The position numbers and the translations under genes were made by a program. Below the pieces are notes generated by a model. It was not told the DNA's origin. It saw only the letters and a program-made list of their open reading frames with translations, and did not search any database. From NCBI GenBank assembly GCA_045046905.1, contig JASFYU010000036.1, positions 187 through 64,186 on the forward strand: 64,000 nt of DNA. The letters are read 5' to 3'. How positions within the stretch are numbered: the stretch's first letter is position 1; each line of letters starts with the position of its first letter. Source of the DNA: Flavobacteriaceae bacterium (GTDB lineage Bacteria; Bacteroidota; Bacteroidia; Flavobacteriales; Flavobacteriaceae). Shown one piece after another: positions 1 to 8,868 of this stretch.

Positions 1-369
1 CTGTTCGTCTCCTTCGACAAAAAAATCCTGTAAAACATTTAGAACAAGTGTAGCCTGACCATTTCCAGAAACGTCAGCACTGATTCCCACGGGAGATAGC
101 AAACTCACATAATCAATACCAGATGTTGCCGTACCTGAAACAGCTAAATTCACTAGTATTGAAGCTCCCGGAAAAGCTCCAGTAATGCTTACCGTGAACT
201 CTCCTGACACTAAACCTGCTTCAGAAGCTGGATTTTGAGTTGCCGCAATGGTCGCTGTTGCCTGCCCATACGATGTAGTAGCAAGAAAAAATAGTACAAC
301 AAGAAGAAACCCCTTAAAAAAAGTAGGTGTATTCTGTTGGGGCAAATAATGTATTCTTTTCAATTTCAT
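1..369 (-). CDS. Secreted Calx-beta-like repeat protein, N-terminal fragment (gene continues past the window start)
   Basis: Absent from the ORF track because no stop lies in the window. My reverse-complement translation from the ATG at 367-369 reads MKLKRIHYLPQQNTPTFFKGFLLVVLFFLATTSYGQATATIAATQNPASEAGLVSGEFTVSITG...VSGTATSGIDYVSL...ATLVLNVLQDFFVEGDEQ. It has a hydrophobic signal peptide followed by the SGTAxxGxDY ... D-x-x-x-EGDE pattern typical of Calx-beta domains. Confidence 0.55.
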   Translation of the reverse strand, partial: MKLKRIHYLPQQNTPTFFKGFLLVVLFFLATTSYGQATATIAATQNPASEAGLVSGEFTVSITGAFPGASILVNLAVSGTATSGIDYVSLLSPVGISADVSGNGQATLVLNVLQDFFVEGDEQ

Positions 370-530
370 AGTCTGTTCTTTGAATCAATCTCAATTCAAT
401 TTACAGCCTAGCAAGTAGGCAACCCTTTAAATGGGGCTCAATATTACTAAATATAATAACCAAGACCTTAAATACAAGATTTAAATAGGCCTTTTTCGGT
501 TGAAATACAATTCGACAAAACTAAACCAAC

Positions 531-1415
531 TTATTGTACAAGAGCGGAAAGCGTTTCGGCGGTAGGTTCAATTTTTTTGACCAGTCCTTGCAGTACTTTT
601 CCAGGACCCACCTCAGTGAATAGCGATGCCCCATCTTTTAGCATATTTTGAATGCTTTGTGTCCACTTAACAGGAGCCGTAAGTTGTGCCATCAGGTTCC
701 TTTTTATTTCATCAACACCAGCTACTGCAGTGGTAGTAACATTTTGATAAATAGGACATTTGGGCGTTATAAAACTCGTATTCTCAATGGCAGCGGCCAG
801 TTCTTCTCGGGCCGGCTCCATCAAGGGTGAATGAAAGGCTCCACCAACAGGCAAGACCATCGCCCTACGTGCACCCGCTTCTTTTAGCTTTTCACAAGCC
901 TGATTAATCGCTTCAATTTCACCCGAAATAACCAATTGCCCAGGACAGTTATAATTGGCGGCAACTACAATACCAGCGGTCTCTTCACATATTTTTTCAA
1001 CACTGGCATCATCAAGCCTTAAAACAACCGCCATGGTACCTGGGGCAAGCTCGCAGGCCTTTTGCATGGCCAATGCCCGTTGTGAAACCAATCGAAGACC
1101 GTCTTCAAAATTCAAGGTGCCATTGGCTACCAAGGCCGAAAATTCTCCAAGAGAGTGGCCAGCAACCATATCAGGTTTAAAATCTTTGCCCATCACCTTA
1201 CTCATAATAACCGAGTGTAAAAAAATAGCAGGCTGTGTAATCTTGGTCTGCTTCAAATCTTCAGGCGTACCCTCAAACATCGTATCTGTAATCGAAAACC
1301 CGAGAATTTCATTGGCATTTTCGAACATTTCTTGTGCTATTGGGTACTTTTCATAAAGATCTAGACCCATGCCTACAAACTGTGACCCCTGTCCGGGAAA
1401 TATATATGCGTTCAT
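531..1415 (-). CDS. fabD: Malonyl CoA-ACP transacylase
   Basis: 294 aa. It has the N-terminal FPGQGSQ motif, the active-site GHSLGEFSA motif, and a length typical of FabD. Confidence 0.95.
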   Translation of the reverse strand: MNAYIFPGQGSQFVGMGLDLYEKYPIAQEMFENANEILGFSITDTMFEGTPEDLKQTKITQPAIFLHSVIMSKVMGKDFKPDMVAGHSLGEFSALVANGTLNFEDGLRLVSQRALAMQKACELAPGTMAVVLRLDDASVEKICEETAGIVVAANYNCPGQLVISGEIEAINQACEKLKEAGARRAMVLPVGGAFHSPLMEPAREELAAAIENTSFITPKCPIYQNVTTTAVAGVDEIKRNLMAQLTAPVKWTQSIQNMLKDGASLFTEVGPGKVLQGLVKKIEPTAETLSALVQ

Positions 1416-1418
1416 TTT

Positions 1419-1467
1419 ATCAACTTTTTATCAACTTTTTATCAACTTTTTATCAACTTTTTATCAA
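1419..1467. repeat. 11-bp tandem repeat ATCAACTTTTT, four full copies plus a partial fifth
   Basis: Read directly: perfect copies at 1419-1429, 1430-1440, 1441-1451 and 1452-1462, then a partial copy ATCAA at 1463-1467. The array ends 3 nt from the fabD start codon (1413-1415, minus strand). Confidence 0.95.
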
Positions 1468-1524
1468 GGCAAAAATAGTAATAATTAGACGATATGATTC
1501 TTAAACTTATCAACCTACCTCTAA

Positions 1525-2040
1525 TCAATCTTCTTTAAACCAACTAGCGTATTTTACATAGCTATTCGCTATCCGATCAATCTCACCAGAACTCAATTCT
1601 GGACTTATATCTTTTATCTTTTTGGCAGGCATTCCGGCAAAAACGGTTCCTGAAGGCACAAGAGTACCTTTGGTCACCACCGCTCCTGCGGCTATAATAC
1701 TATTGCTCTCCACAATGCAATCATCCATTAAAATACTGCCCATACCCACCAGAACATTATCTTTTATGGTACAGCCGTGTACTATGGCATTATGCCCTAT
1801 TGAAACATTATCACCAATAATAGTAGGTGATTTCTGGTAGGTACAGTGAATTATCGCCCCGTCCTGCACATTCACCTTGTTTCCCATTTTTATATAATGC
1901 ACATCGCCACGAAGTACAGCATTGTACCAGATACTACATTGATCCCCCATGCTGACCTCGCCAACAATTGTGGCATTCTCGGCAATAAAACAATCCTTGC
2001 CTATTTGAGGTGTTTTTCCGTTGATGGTTTTTAGTATCAT
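1525..2040 (-). CDS. Gamma carbonic anhydrase / left-handed beta-helix (hexapeptide repeat) family protein
   Basis: 171 aa. Repeated [LIV]-G-x-x-x-x hexapeptides (IGKDCFIAENATIVGEVSMGDQCSIWYNAVLRGD...) and a length typical of YrdA/PaaY-like proteins. Confidence 0.85.
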   Translation of the reverse strand: MILKTINGKTPQIGKDCFIAENATIVGEVSMGDQCSIWYNAVLRGDVHYIKMGNKVNVQDGAIIHCTYQKSPTIIGDNVSIGHNAIVHGCTIKDNVLVGMGSILMDDCIVESNSIIAAGAVVTKGTLVPSGTVFAGMPAKKIKDISPELSSGEIDRIANSYVKYASWFKED

Positions 2041-2075
2041 AAAAGGGATTAGAGATTAGGGAAATAAACAAACAC

Positions 2076-2804
2076 TCAAAAATACGACAACAGATTCTTT
2101 TTCTTTGCTGCGGAGACCAACAATTCCTTACCATTGGAAATCACCACACTGCCCCCTTTTCCTTTTTTGTATTTGACGACTTCATTAACATTGACCAAAT
2201 ATGATTTATGAATGCGCGCAAAAGGAAAACTAGATAATGCCTCTTCAAAATATTTTAAGGTCTTGCTGACCAAGAATTTTTTATTTTCGAGATATATTTC
2301 AGTATAGTTGTCATCTGCCTTACAATACAGGATCTCTGAAACGTTCAGCACCTGAAAGCCATCTTGCTGTGGCAAGGTTATTTTTCCTTCTACCTGCTGA
2401 ATTTTTGACTGTAGCACTTGGCCTTCGAGGGCATCTTCCTTTTCCTTGATTTCAATCACATACGCCACCGCCTTTACCAATTCATCTATACTAATGGGTT
2501 TCATTAAATAATAAGCCGCATGCGTATTGAGGGCATCTAGAGCATACTGATCATAGGCAGTCACAAAAATAGTTTCGAAAGTGCGGTCAGGTAAGCTTTC
2601 CAACAAATCGAAGGCATTGCCAAAAGGCATTTCTACATCTAAAAACACCACATCAGGGTTGTTGCTTTTTATACATTCAAGTCCTTCTTTAATAGTAGCT
2701 GCCTCAGCGCATAAATTAACATCAGGGCAATATTTCGCCAAATAGTTTCTCAATATCTCTCTGCTCGTGGCTTCGTCTTCTATTATAATAGCGTTTAACT
2801 TCAT
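2076..2804 (-). CDS. LytTR-family two-component response regulator
   Basis: 242 aa. It has an N-terminal receiver domain (IIIEDE ... VVFLDVEMP ... K in YLMKP) and a C-terminal LytTR DNA-binding domain (ILYCKADDNYTEIYL...RIHKSYLVN). Confidence 0.9.
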   Translation of the reverse strand: MKLNAIIIEDEATSREILRNYLAKYCPDVNLCAEAATIKEGLECIKSNNPDVVFLDVEMPFGNAFDLLESLPDRTFETIFVTAYDQYALDALNTHAAYYLMKPISIDELVKAVAYVIEIKEKEDALEGQVLQSKIQQVEGKITLPQQDGFQVLNVSEILYCKADDNYTEIYLENKKFLVSKTLKYFEEALSSFPFARIHKSYLVNVNEVVKYKKGKGGSVVISNGKELLVSAAKKKNLLSYF

Positions 2805-2969
2805 GCGCTTTGTTTTTTATTCTCACTAATGAGCTTACTAGCTCGAAACTTGCTTTTTTTCGATAGCCATCGGAATGTAAATAGCGTATTTCTTTTAATG
2901 TCTCCTAAGCCTAGCTGACGGTAAAGGCAGGCCTGCCCCGAGGGTTTTTACTTTATGAACGTATAAAAA

Positions 2970-5180
2970 TCAATCTCTTTTAAGTAGAAACAATACTTTA
3001 GTACCTGTGCCGTCAGCGTTTAAATTCGAAATATGCACAGCTACTTTATCCGTATACATATCATTTAAAATAGCGATTCTTTTTTTGATATTTCCCATAC
3101 CCTTTGATTTTCGCTTTTTTTGATTCGGAGTTTTTAATTCCGCTGATTTTTTTCTGCCAATTCCATTGTCTTCAATGGTTATTTCAATGGTATTTTCATC
3201 TTTTTGCTTTAATAAAATATTCAAAAACCCTTTTTCATTCGTATACCGTAAGCCATGCCATATGGCATTTTCAATATAGGGCTGCAAAAGCATGGGCGGA
3301 ATTTGAAAGGCCTCGACATCGATTCGCTCATCAACATGAATCTTATAATCAAACTTATCAGGAAAACGAGAATGCTCTAGTTTGGTATAGAGTTCTAACA
3401 ACTCAAGTTCCTTTGCCAGCGGAATAAAATCCTCTTCTGAATTTTCAAGTACGGCTCGCATCAAAGTAGAAAAGTCGCTTAAATAACGGTTGGCACTACG
3501 CTCATCACTCTTGGCTATAAAATTATTAACTGAATTGAGGGCATTAAAAATAAAATGGGGATTCATCTGCGAACGCAATGATTTCAATGCTAGTAAATTA
3601 TTGGCCAGTTTCTGTTGTTGATTACTGCGATAGAAAAAAAATGTTGTCAAACCCATCAGGATCATTCCAAAAATCAAAGAGTAAATGACCCATTGTTGAC
3701 GCTTATAGTTTTCTGCTATCAATTGCTGTTCTGTGAGTGCCAGATCATATTTACTTTGAGAAAGCTGGCGCCCCTGCTCTAATCCTGAAATTCGACTTTG
3801 CTTTGATGCCAGTTCGCGATTAAAGCGTGCCGCCCGAGAAATTTCTTGCTCCTTGCGCACATAAAGGGTATCGACCACAGCCACATAATCTTGATAGGTC
3901 TCCAAGGCCTTTGTATAATCACCTTTGTATTTATAGACTTCTGAGAGCTTTCTAGTCGCGTCTTTTTGAACAATAAGGTCATCTTGAGAATCTGCCTCGG
4001 TAATACTCTGTTTTAAATATAGAATGGCCTGATCGTACTGATCTTGAGCGATATAGGCATTTGCAATCTTGTAATTGATCCGTTGGGTGGTAATGGTATC
4101 TGCCTCACGGGGAATCACTATTTTCTCAACTAGTGGTCGGGGTATTTTGAGCAGCTCGTTCAAGCTTTTTTTACGCAGTTCAATCTCATCGCCGTATTGG
4201 CTTTTCTGGTTGTAGAAATCGGCCACTTTTTCTTTCTCACGAACCGCTCTCCGAGGGGCTTGATTATTTGAAAGCCGCAGTGAATTCGCATAAAACGCCT
4301 CTGCCTCTTGCAATCTGTCATCCTTGGCATAGGCATCTCCTATCTTAGAATTCAGATCGGTCATTTTTGGACTTATTTGATTTTTTTTTGCGATTTTCAA
4401 TCCCTCTTCAAAGAATGCTACCGCCTTATCTATTAGACGCATACCCGCATAGGCATCACCCAAAATCTCATAGAGCTCTGTTCTTTGAAAAGGAACCATA
4501 CCCCTTATTTTAATCAAAGGATTGAGGAGTTCTTCTGATTTCCTAAATTCTTTGTTAAGCACATACACCTTAGCCAGCAGTATCGTAGTTCTTGTGGTTT
4601 TATGTGCCTTTAACGCATCTTTGAAATTGGTTATAGCCAGATCGTATTGGTTGTGAAACTCATACACCTCGCCCAATGTAGTCAATGAAGCTGCCAATTG
4701 TCTCTTATCTGCTCTTCTACCCAGTGCGGCAATAGACTGTGTAATAAAATCAATACTCTTTTCAATATGGGTTCGTTTATAGAAATTGGCGGAGTCAAGA
4801 AATACCCTATACATCGAGGTCTCTCTTTTGGAAGTCTTGTTACTAGAGGCCCCTGAACTCGATTTATTCTCAATAACATCCTCTACTAAAACATCAACGT
4901 CCTCACCACTCCTAATGGTATAGCGAACCGTTTCAAATTCAGGGCTGCGAATAATCAGCTGATCACCGATCAAGGCCCTGATTCTAAATTCTCCTACCCA
5001 ATTAGTTAGCGTATACCCCCCCGAGCTTGTAGATATTTCTACCCCAGATATGGGCACACGGGTTCTCTGCTCTTTCACAGAACCCTTGATTTCTATCGTA
5101 TCGATGCTTTCCGACACTTGAGAAAAAGCGGTGAAAACACTTAGGAAAAATACCACCAATATGTAAAACACTTTCTGCAT
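2970..5180 (-). CDS. Sensor histidine kinase (LytS/His_kinase type) with an extracytoplasmic CarboxypepD_reg-like plus TPR sensor region
   Basis: The ORF track extends to 5225. The internal ATG at 5178-5180 gives MQKVFYILVVFFLSVFTAFSQ, a clean signal peptide. The rest reads as a beta-sandwich-like segment, TPR-like repeats, a coiled coil, one TM (WVIYSLIFGMILMGLTTFFFY), then LRSQMNPHFIFNALN (LytS-type H box) and an HATPase (DNGIG) domain. Confidence 0.85.
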   Translation of the reverse strand: MQKVFYILVVFFLSVFTAFSQVSESIDTIEIKGSVKEQRTRVPISGVEISTSSGGYTLTNWVGEFRIRALIGDQLIIRSPEFETVRYTIRSGEDVDVLVEDVIENKSSSGASSNKTSKRETSMYRVFLDSANFYKRTHIEKSIDFITQSIAALGRRADKRQLAASLTTLGEVYEFHNQYDLAITNFKDALKAHKTTRTTILLAKVYVLNKEFRKSEELLNPLIKIRGMVPFQRTELYEILGDAYAGMRLIDKAVAFFEEGLKIAKKNQISPKMTDLNSKIGDAYAKDDRLQEAEAFYANSLRLSNNQAPRRAVREKEKVADFYNQKSQYGDEIELRKKSLNELLKIPRPLVEKIVIPREADTITTQRINYKIANAYIAQDQYDQAILYLKQSITEADSQDDLIVQKDATRKLSEVYKYKGDYTKALETYQDYVAVVDTLYVRKEQEISRAARFNRELASKQSRISGLEQGRQLSQSKYDLALTEQQLIAENYKRQQWVIYSLIFGMILMGLTTFFFYRSNQQQKLANNLLALKSLRSQMNPHFIFNALNSVNNFIAKSDERSANRYLSDFSTLMRAVLENSEEDFIPLAKELELLELYTKLEHSRFPDKFDYKIHVDERIDVEAFQIPPMLLQPYIENAIWHGLRYTNEKGFLNILLKQKDENTIEITIEDNGIGRKKSAELKTPNQKKRKSKGMGNIKKRIAILNDMYTDKVAVHISNLNADGTGTKVLFLLKRD

Positions 5181-5389
5181 ATCGTCATTTGAACAAGGTA
5201 AACTTAGGCGATTTATACGGTACAAAAAAATAGAGAAATCCGAAAAATCAGTTAAAAAACTACATTTTCAAGCCTTTACGCAATCAGAAAACCCCTTGAC
5301 TCATTCAAGGGACCATTTCACTCATTGCTTGTTTTTTATGGAAAAGTTTGGAGATACTTTTACGGCATTAATAAAAATAAAAAAACAAT

Positions 5390-6571
5390 ATGAAAAATCT
5401 AAAACAAATATTCGGAATTGGGCTAATGACCTTTACACTCGCGACATCCTATGGGTGTGACTTAAAAATAAATAAAACGGCATCTGAGCCTAGTATTGCC
5501 CAAGTGCAAATAAACGAGCTAGAAAAAACGACCAATAATATGGTGAAAATCGCCTTGTTACTCGATACTAGTAATAGCATGGACGGACTCATAAACCAGG
5601 CCAAAGCGCAATTATGGGATGTGGTCAATACATTTGCCAATGCCAAATGCGGAAATGAGGCGAGGCCTACACTACAGATTGCTATTTATCAATACGGTAA
5701 TGATAAGCTCTCTTCAAGGGAAGGCTATATTCAGCAGGTGCTGAATTTTAGTGACGATCTAGATGAAATCTCAGAAAAGCTATTCTCCTTAACTACCAAT
5801 GGAGGGGAAGAATATTGTGGTGAGGTTATACATACTTCTTTAAAACAGTTGGATTGGGGTAAAAATCCTGATAATCTTAAAATGATATTTATCGCCGGCA
5901 ACGAGCCTTTTACCCAAGGTAAATTGAATTATAGAGATGCTGTCACCAATGCTAAGGAGAAAGATATTATTGTGAATACCATTTTCTGCGGCAGTTATGA
6001 GCAGGGCATTAGTACCGAATGGAAAAAAGGGGCCACCATGACCGGTGGCGAATATATGGCCATTGATCATAACCGCAAAGTGGTTCATATCAACACCCCT
6101 TATGACGATATCATCATTAAATTGAATTCAAAACTGAATAAAACCTATATTTCCTATGGTGCGATGGGCGCCGCTAAAATGCGGACACAAGCCGCTCAGG
6201 ACGTCAACGCTTACGAAATGGAAGAGGTCGTTGCTATTAAGCGTGCCGTAAGCAAAAGCTCAAGACTCTATAAAAATGCTACATGGGATCTGGTAGATGC
6301 CTCTGACGATAAAGAGTTCGATGTTTCTAAAATCGAAAAAAAGCAATTACCCTCGGCCCTTAAAAATAAGTCAACAGCCGAAATAACCGCTATTATCGCA
6401 ACTAAAAAATCGGATCGCAAAAGAATACAAAAAGAAATTCAGCAATTGAATACAAAACGAGAGGCTTATATTGCTAAAAATCAAAAAGAGGGTGCAAGAG
6501 GAGAGCTTGAGAATGCCATGCTCAAAGCCATTCAAAAACAGGCCGCAAAGAAAAATTATAGGTGGGACTAA
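5390..6571 (+). CDS. von Willebrand factor A domain lipoprotein with a C-terminal coiled-coil tail
   Basis: 393 aa. It has a lipoprotein-type signal (LATSYGC), the MIDAS motif DTSNSM (DxSxS) followed by a TTNGGEEY threonine, and a Lys/Glu/Gln-rich C-terminus. Confidence 0.8.
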   Translation: MKNLKQIFGIGLMTFTLATSYGCDLKINKTASEPSIAQVQINELEKTTNNMVKIALLLDTSNSMDGLINQAKAQLWDVVNTFANAKCGNEARPTLQIAIYQYGNDKLSSREGYIQQVLNFSDDLDEISEKLFSLTTNGGEEYCGEVIHTSLKQLDWGKNPDNLKMIFIAGNEPFTQGKLNYRDAVTNAKEKDIIVNTIFCGSYEQGISTEWKKGATMTGGEYMAIDHNRKVVHINTPYDDIIIKLNSKLNKTYISYGAMGAAKMRTQAAQDVNAYEMEEVVAIKRAVSKSSRLYKNATWDLVDASDDKEFDVSKIEKKQLPSALKNKSTAEITAIIATKKSDRKRIQKEIQQLNTKREAYIAKNQKEGARGELENAMLKAIQKQAAKKNYRWD

Positions 6572-6586
6572 ACAGATTATCTCAAA

Positions 6587-6719
6587 CAAGGCCGTTTAAA
6601 AAGTTTAGTATAACGTCTTTGCGAGGCACGAAGCAATCTGTAGCTTAGTAACAATCAAGTTACAGATTACTTCACTTTGTTCGTAATGACGATTTGTTTC
6701 GACTTTTAAAACGACCTTG
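6587..6719 (+). repeat. Long imperfect palindromic (REP-like) element, copy 1
   Basis: The outer arms 6587-6603 (CAAGGCCGTTTAAAAAG) and 6703-6719 (CTTTTAAAACGACCTTG) are complementary at 15 of 17 positions. The inner arms are 6614-6642 (CGTCTTTGCGAGGCACGAAGCAATCTGTA) and 6661-6691 (TACAGATTACTTCACTTTGTTCGTAATGACG). Several inner-arm mismatches would be G-U pairs in a plus-strand RNA. The element sits between convergent genes. Confidence 0.7.
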
Positions 6720-6775
6720 TTTTAAAAAAGGTAAAAAAAATAGTTAGATATCTTTTCTCTTGAAAGAAAGGGCAT

Positions 6776-7771
6776 TTATTGTGCCGCTGGGCAGTAACAG
6801 TCGTAGCGTCGCTCCTCCTGTCCGAAATCGTAGCCGATTGTTATTTGATGAAATCCTCCGTTATCAAAACGAATATCACCCATTTGATAGGAGTAGTTAT
6901 AGGAAACCATAAAATTTTTGATATTGGCTCCAATGATAGGAGTAATCAATTGCAGGCGCTGTTCACCAAAGCTACCATCGATCTGAAACTGGGCTCCATC
7001 AAAACTTCTTCGATATGACACTCCGCCCCACAGTCTACCAAAACTCACATCTCTATATACCTTTGCATTGATATCAAATGTTTTTTCCTCGGTAAATTCA
7101 GTTAGTTGCAGCAGCACCGAAGGTTCGTATTGCCATTCACTATTACCGAAAATATAGCCTGCGGAAAGTAAATATCTTCTTAAATTGTCGAACTCTATGG
7201 CCGTATAAAGATCGCGACCACTGCCCAAAACATTCAGCACCGAAAAATGGGTATAAAAATCCATGAAATTATACGACATTCCCAAATCAACATTAAAGTA
7301 ACTAACACTGTTCTTTGAGCCTGTTATAATAGGATCTGGAATCACCGAACGGAATTCAGTTTCATCTAAACTACTTTGTATCAGACCGGTACTAAGACCA
7401 AAAGAAAGTTGATTTAAAACACGTACATCGTCTCCGCCCATCCTCAAATGATGTGCATAGGTCAGTTTCATACCGGTTTGTGAATGGTAGCCATTCGCAT
7501 CATTAAAGAATATGGCCCCAACACCTGTTGGGCCATCACCAAGTCTAAAATGCGCGTTCAAGGTTTGTAAATTCGGAGCTTCTTCAACGGCGAACCATTG
7601 CTTTCTGATGGTTCCCCTAATTTTACCACCGACCCCTATGCCGGCCATTGAGGGGAATACCAAATAATAATTGTCGGATAAATAATCAAAATATACCGGT
7701 ATCCCTTCCTGTGCAAATGACTGTGGGCCAAAAGCAAGGATAGAGAACAAGAGCAATAATTTACGTTTCAT
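6776..7771 (-). CDS. PorP/SprF-family type IX secretion outer-membrane protein
   Basis: 331 aa with a signal peptide. Family-typical features: ...PSMAGIG...IRKQW...EAPNLQTLNAH...GVGAIFFNDANG..., beta-barrel-like alternating residues, and a C-terminal aromatic-rich strand. Confidence 0.7.
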   Translation of the reverse strand: MKRKLLLLFSILAFGPQSFAQEGIPVYFDYLSDNYYLVFPSMAGIGVGGKIRGTIRKQWFAVEEAPNLQTLNAHFRLGDGPTGVGAIFFNDANGYHSQTGMKLTYAHHLRMGGDDVRVLNQLSFGLSTGLIQSSLDETEFRSVIPDPIITGSKNSVSYFNVDLGMSYNFMDFYTHFSVLNVLGSGRDLYTAIEFDNLRRYLLSAGYIFGNSEWQYEPSVLLQLTEFTEEKTFDINAKVYRDVSFGRLWGGVSYRRSFDGAQFQIDGSFGEQRLQLITPIIGANIKNFMVSYNYSYQMGDIRFDNGGFHQITIGYDFGQEERRYDCYCPAAQ

Positions 7772-7868
7772 CTAAGAAAAGGGCTTAAAGTTCAATATCT
7801 CGACTAAATATAATGTATAACGGGTGGAATCCTACAATATTATACATGCTTTAACTTAGAAATGATTG

Positions 7869-7876
7869 TATTTTTG
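7869..7876 (+). promoter_or_regulatory. Candidate Bacteroidetes -7 promoter box TATTTTTG
   Basis: Exact match to the TAnnTTTG consensus, 17 nt upstream of the ATG at 7893. It lies inside the TTG-initiated long ORF of the track. Confidence 0.4.
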
Positions 7877-7892
7877 TATAAAATTCATTCCG

Positions 7893-8795
7893 ATGAAAGA
7901 GTATACAATTACAGTCGTACAAACAAACAACCCTACCATAGTAAAGTTCGAGACCAATCACCTACTCACAAAGGGTAAAAACTACGAGTTCAAGAACATT
8001 GACGAGGCCAAAAATTCGCCTCTAGCACAGCAATTATTTTACCTTCCATTTATAAAAACTGTCTACATATCGGGTAATTTCATTGGCTTGGAGCGTTTTG
8101 ACATAGTAGCCTGGGACGATGTAAAGGACGAAGTTGCGCAACAACTGGTAGAATACCTGAATACTGGCGAGCCCCTTGTAATCGAGGAAGAACAGACCAG
8201 TAAAATACCTGTGACCGTTTATGCAGAGGTGACACCCAACCCTGCGGCAATGAAATTTGTGGCCAATATGAAAATCGTACCGACCACTTTTGAATTCAAA
8301 AATATTGATGAAGCCAAAGATTCTGAATTGGCCAAACAACTTTTTCTCCTTCCCTTTGTCAAAGAAGTATTCTTCGATGAAAATTATGTATCGGTAAGCA
8401 AGTATGATGTTGCCGAATGGGATGATATCACTATGGAACTTCGTGAATTGATTCGAAATTTTCTTGCCGATGGCAGAGAAGTAGTTTCCGAGGAAATTAC
8501 CATCCAAAAAAATGCGACATCCACCGAAACACAGCTACAGGATGAGAATTTAGACGATATATCGAAGGAAATAATAGCCATATTGGACGAGTACGTAAAA
8601 CCAGCCGTTGCCAGTGATGGGGGCAACATTCTTTTTAAATCCTATGAAAAGGATAGTAAAACAGTGAACGTTATCTTACAAGGTGCCTGTAGTGGCTGCC
8701 CTTCTTCTACCTTCACCCTAAAAAATGGTATCGAGACCATGCTCAAAAATATGATGGGCGACAAAGTGAACGAGGTAGTGGCCATAAACGGTTAA
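7893..8795 (+). CDS. NifU/Nfu-type Fe-S cluster scaffold protein with two tandem Nfu_N domains
   Basis: The track ORF starts at a TTG at 7866; the ATG at 7893 gives MKEYTITV. There are two about 90-aa repeats, each containing EFKNIDEAK...LA.QLF.LPF.K.V, then a C-terminal NifU domain with GACSGCPSS (CxxC). Confidence 0.85.
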   Translation: MKEYTITVVQTNNPTIVKFETNHLLTKGKNYEFKNIDEAKNSPLAQQLFYLPFIKTVYISGNFIGLERFDIVAWDDVKDEVAQQLVEYLNTGEPLVIEEEQTSKIPVTVYAEVTPNPAAMKFVANMKIVPTTFEFKNIDEAKDSELAKQLFLLPFVKEVFFDENYVSVSKYDVAEWDDITMELRELIRNFLADGREVVSEEITIQKNATSTETQLQDENLDDISKEIIAILDEYVKPAVASDGGNILFKSYEKDSKTVNVILQGACSGCPSSTFTLKNGIETMLKNMMGDKVNEVVAING

Positions 8796-8868
8796 TTCTT
8801 TTTATTAGCTCTCAGCGTCTGTTTATAATTTATTCGTTATTTTTAAGTGAAATTAAAAACCACTAATT

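Noticed and set aside
1419-1467. The tandem repeat, or the 18149-18331 repeat pair, as a possible CRISPR array.
   Set aside because: The first is an 11-bp unit with no spacers. The second is only two copies that translate as a duplicated gene fragment. No cas genes are in the window.
2920-2945. The GGCAGGCCTGCC palindrome and adjacent GC-rich segment between the kinase and regulator genes, considered as a terminator or attenuator.
   Set aside because: It is a perfect 12-bp palindrome with no loop, and the T-run follows only on the plus strand, where no gene ends. It is more likely a chance or restriction-type palindrome.
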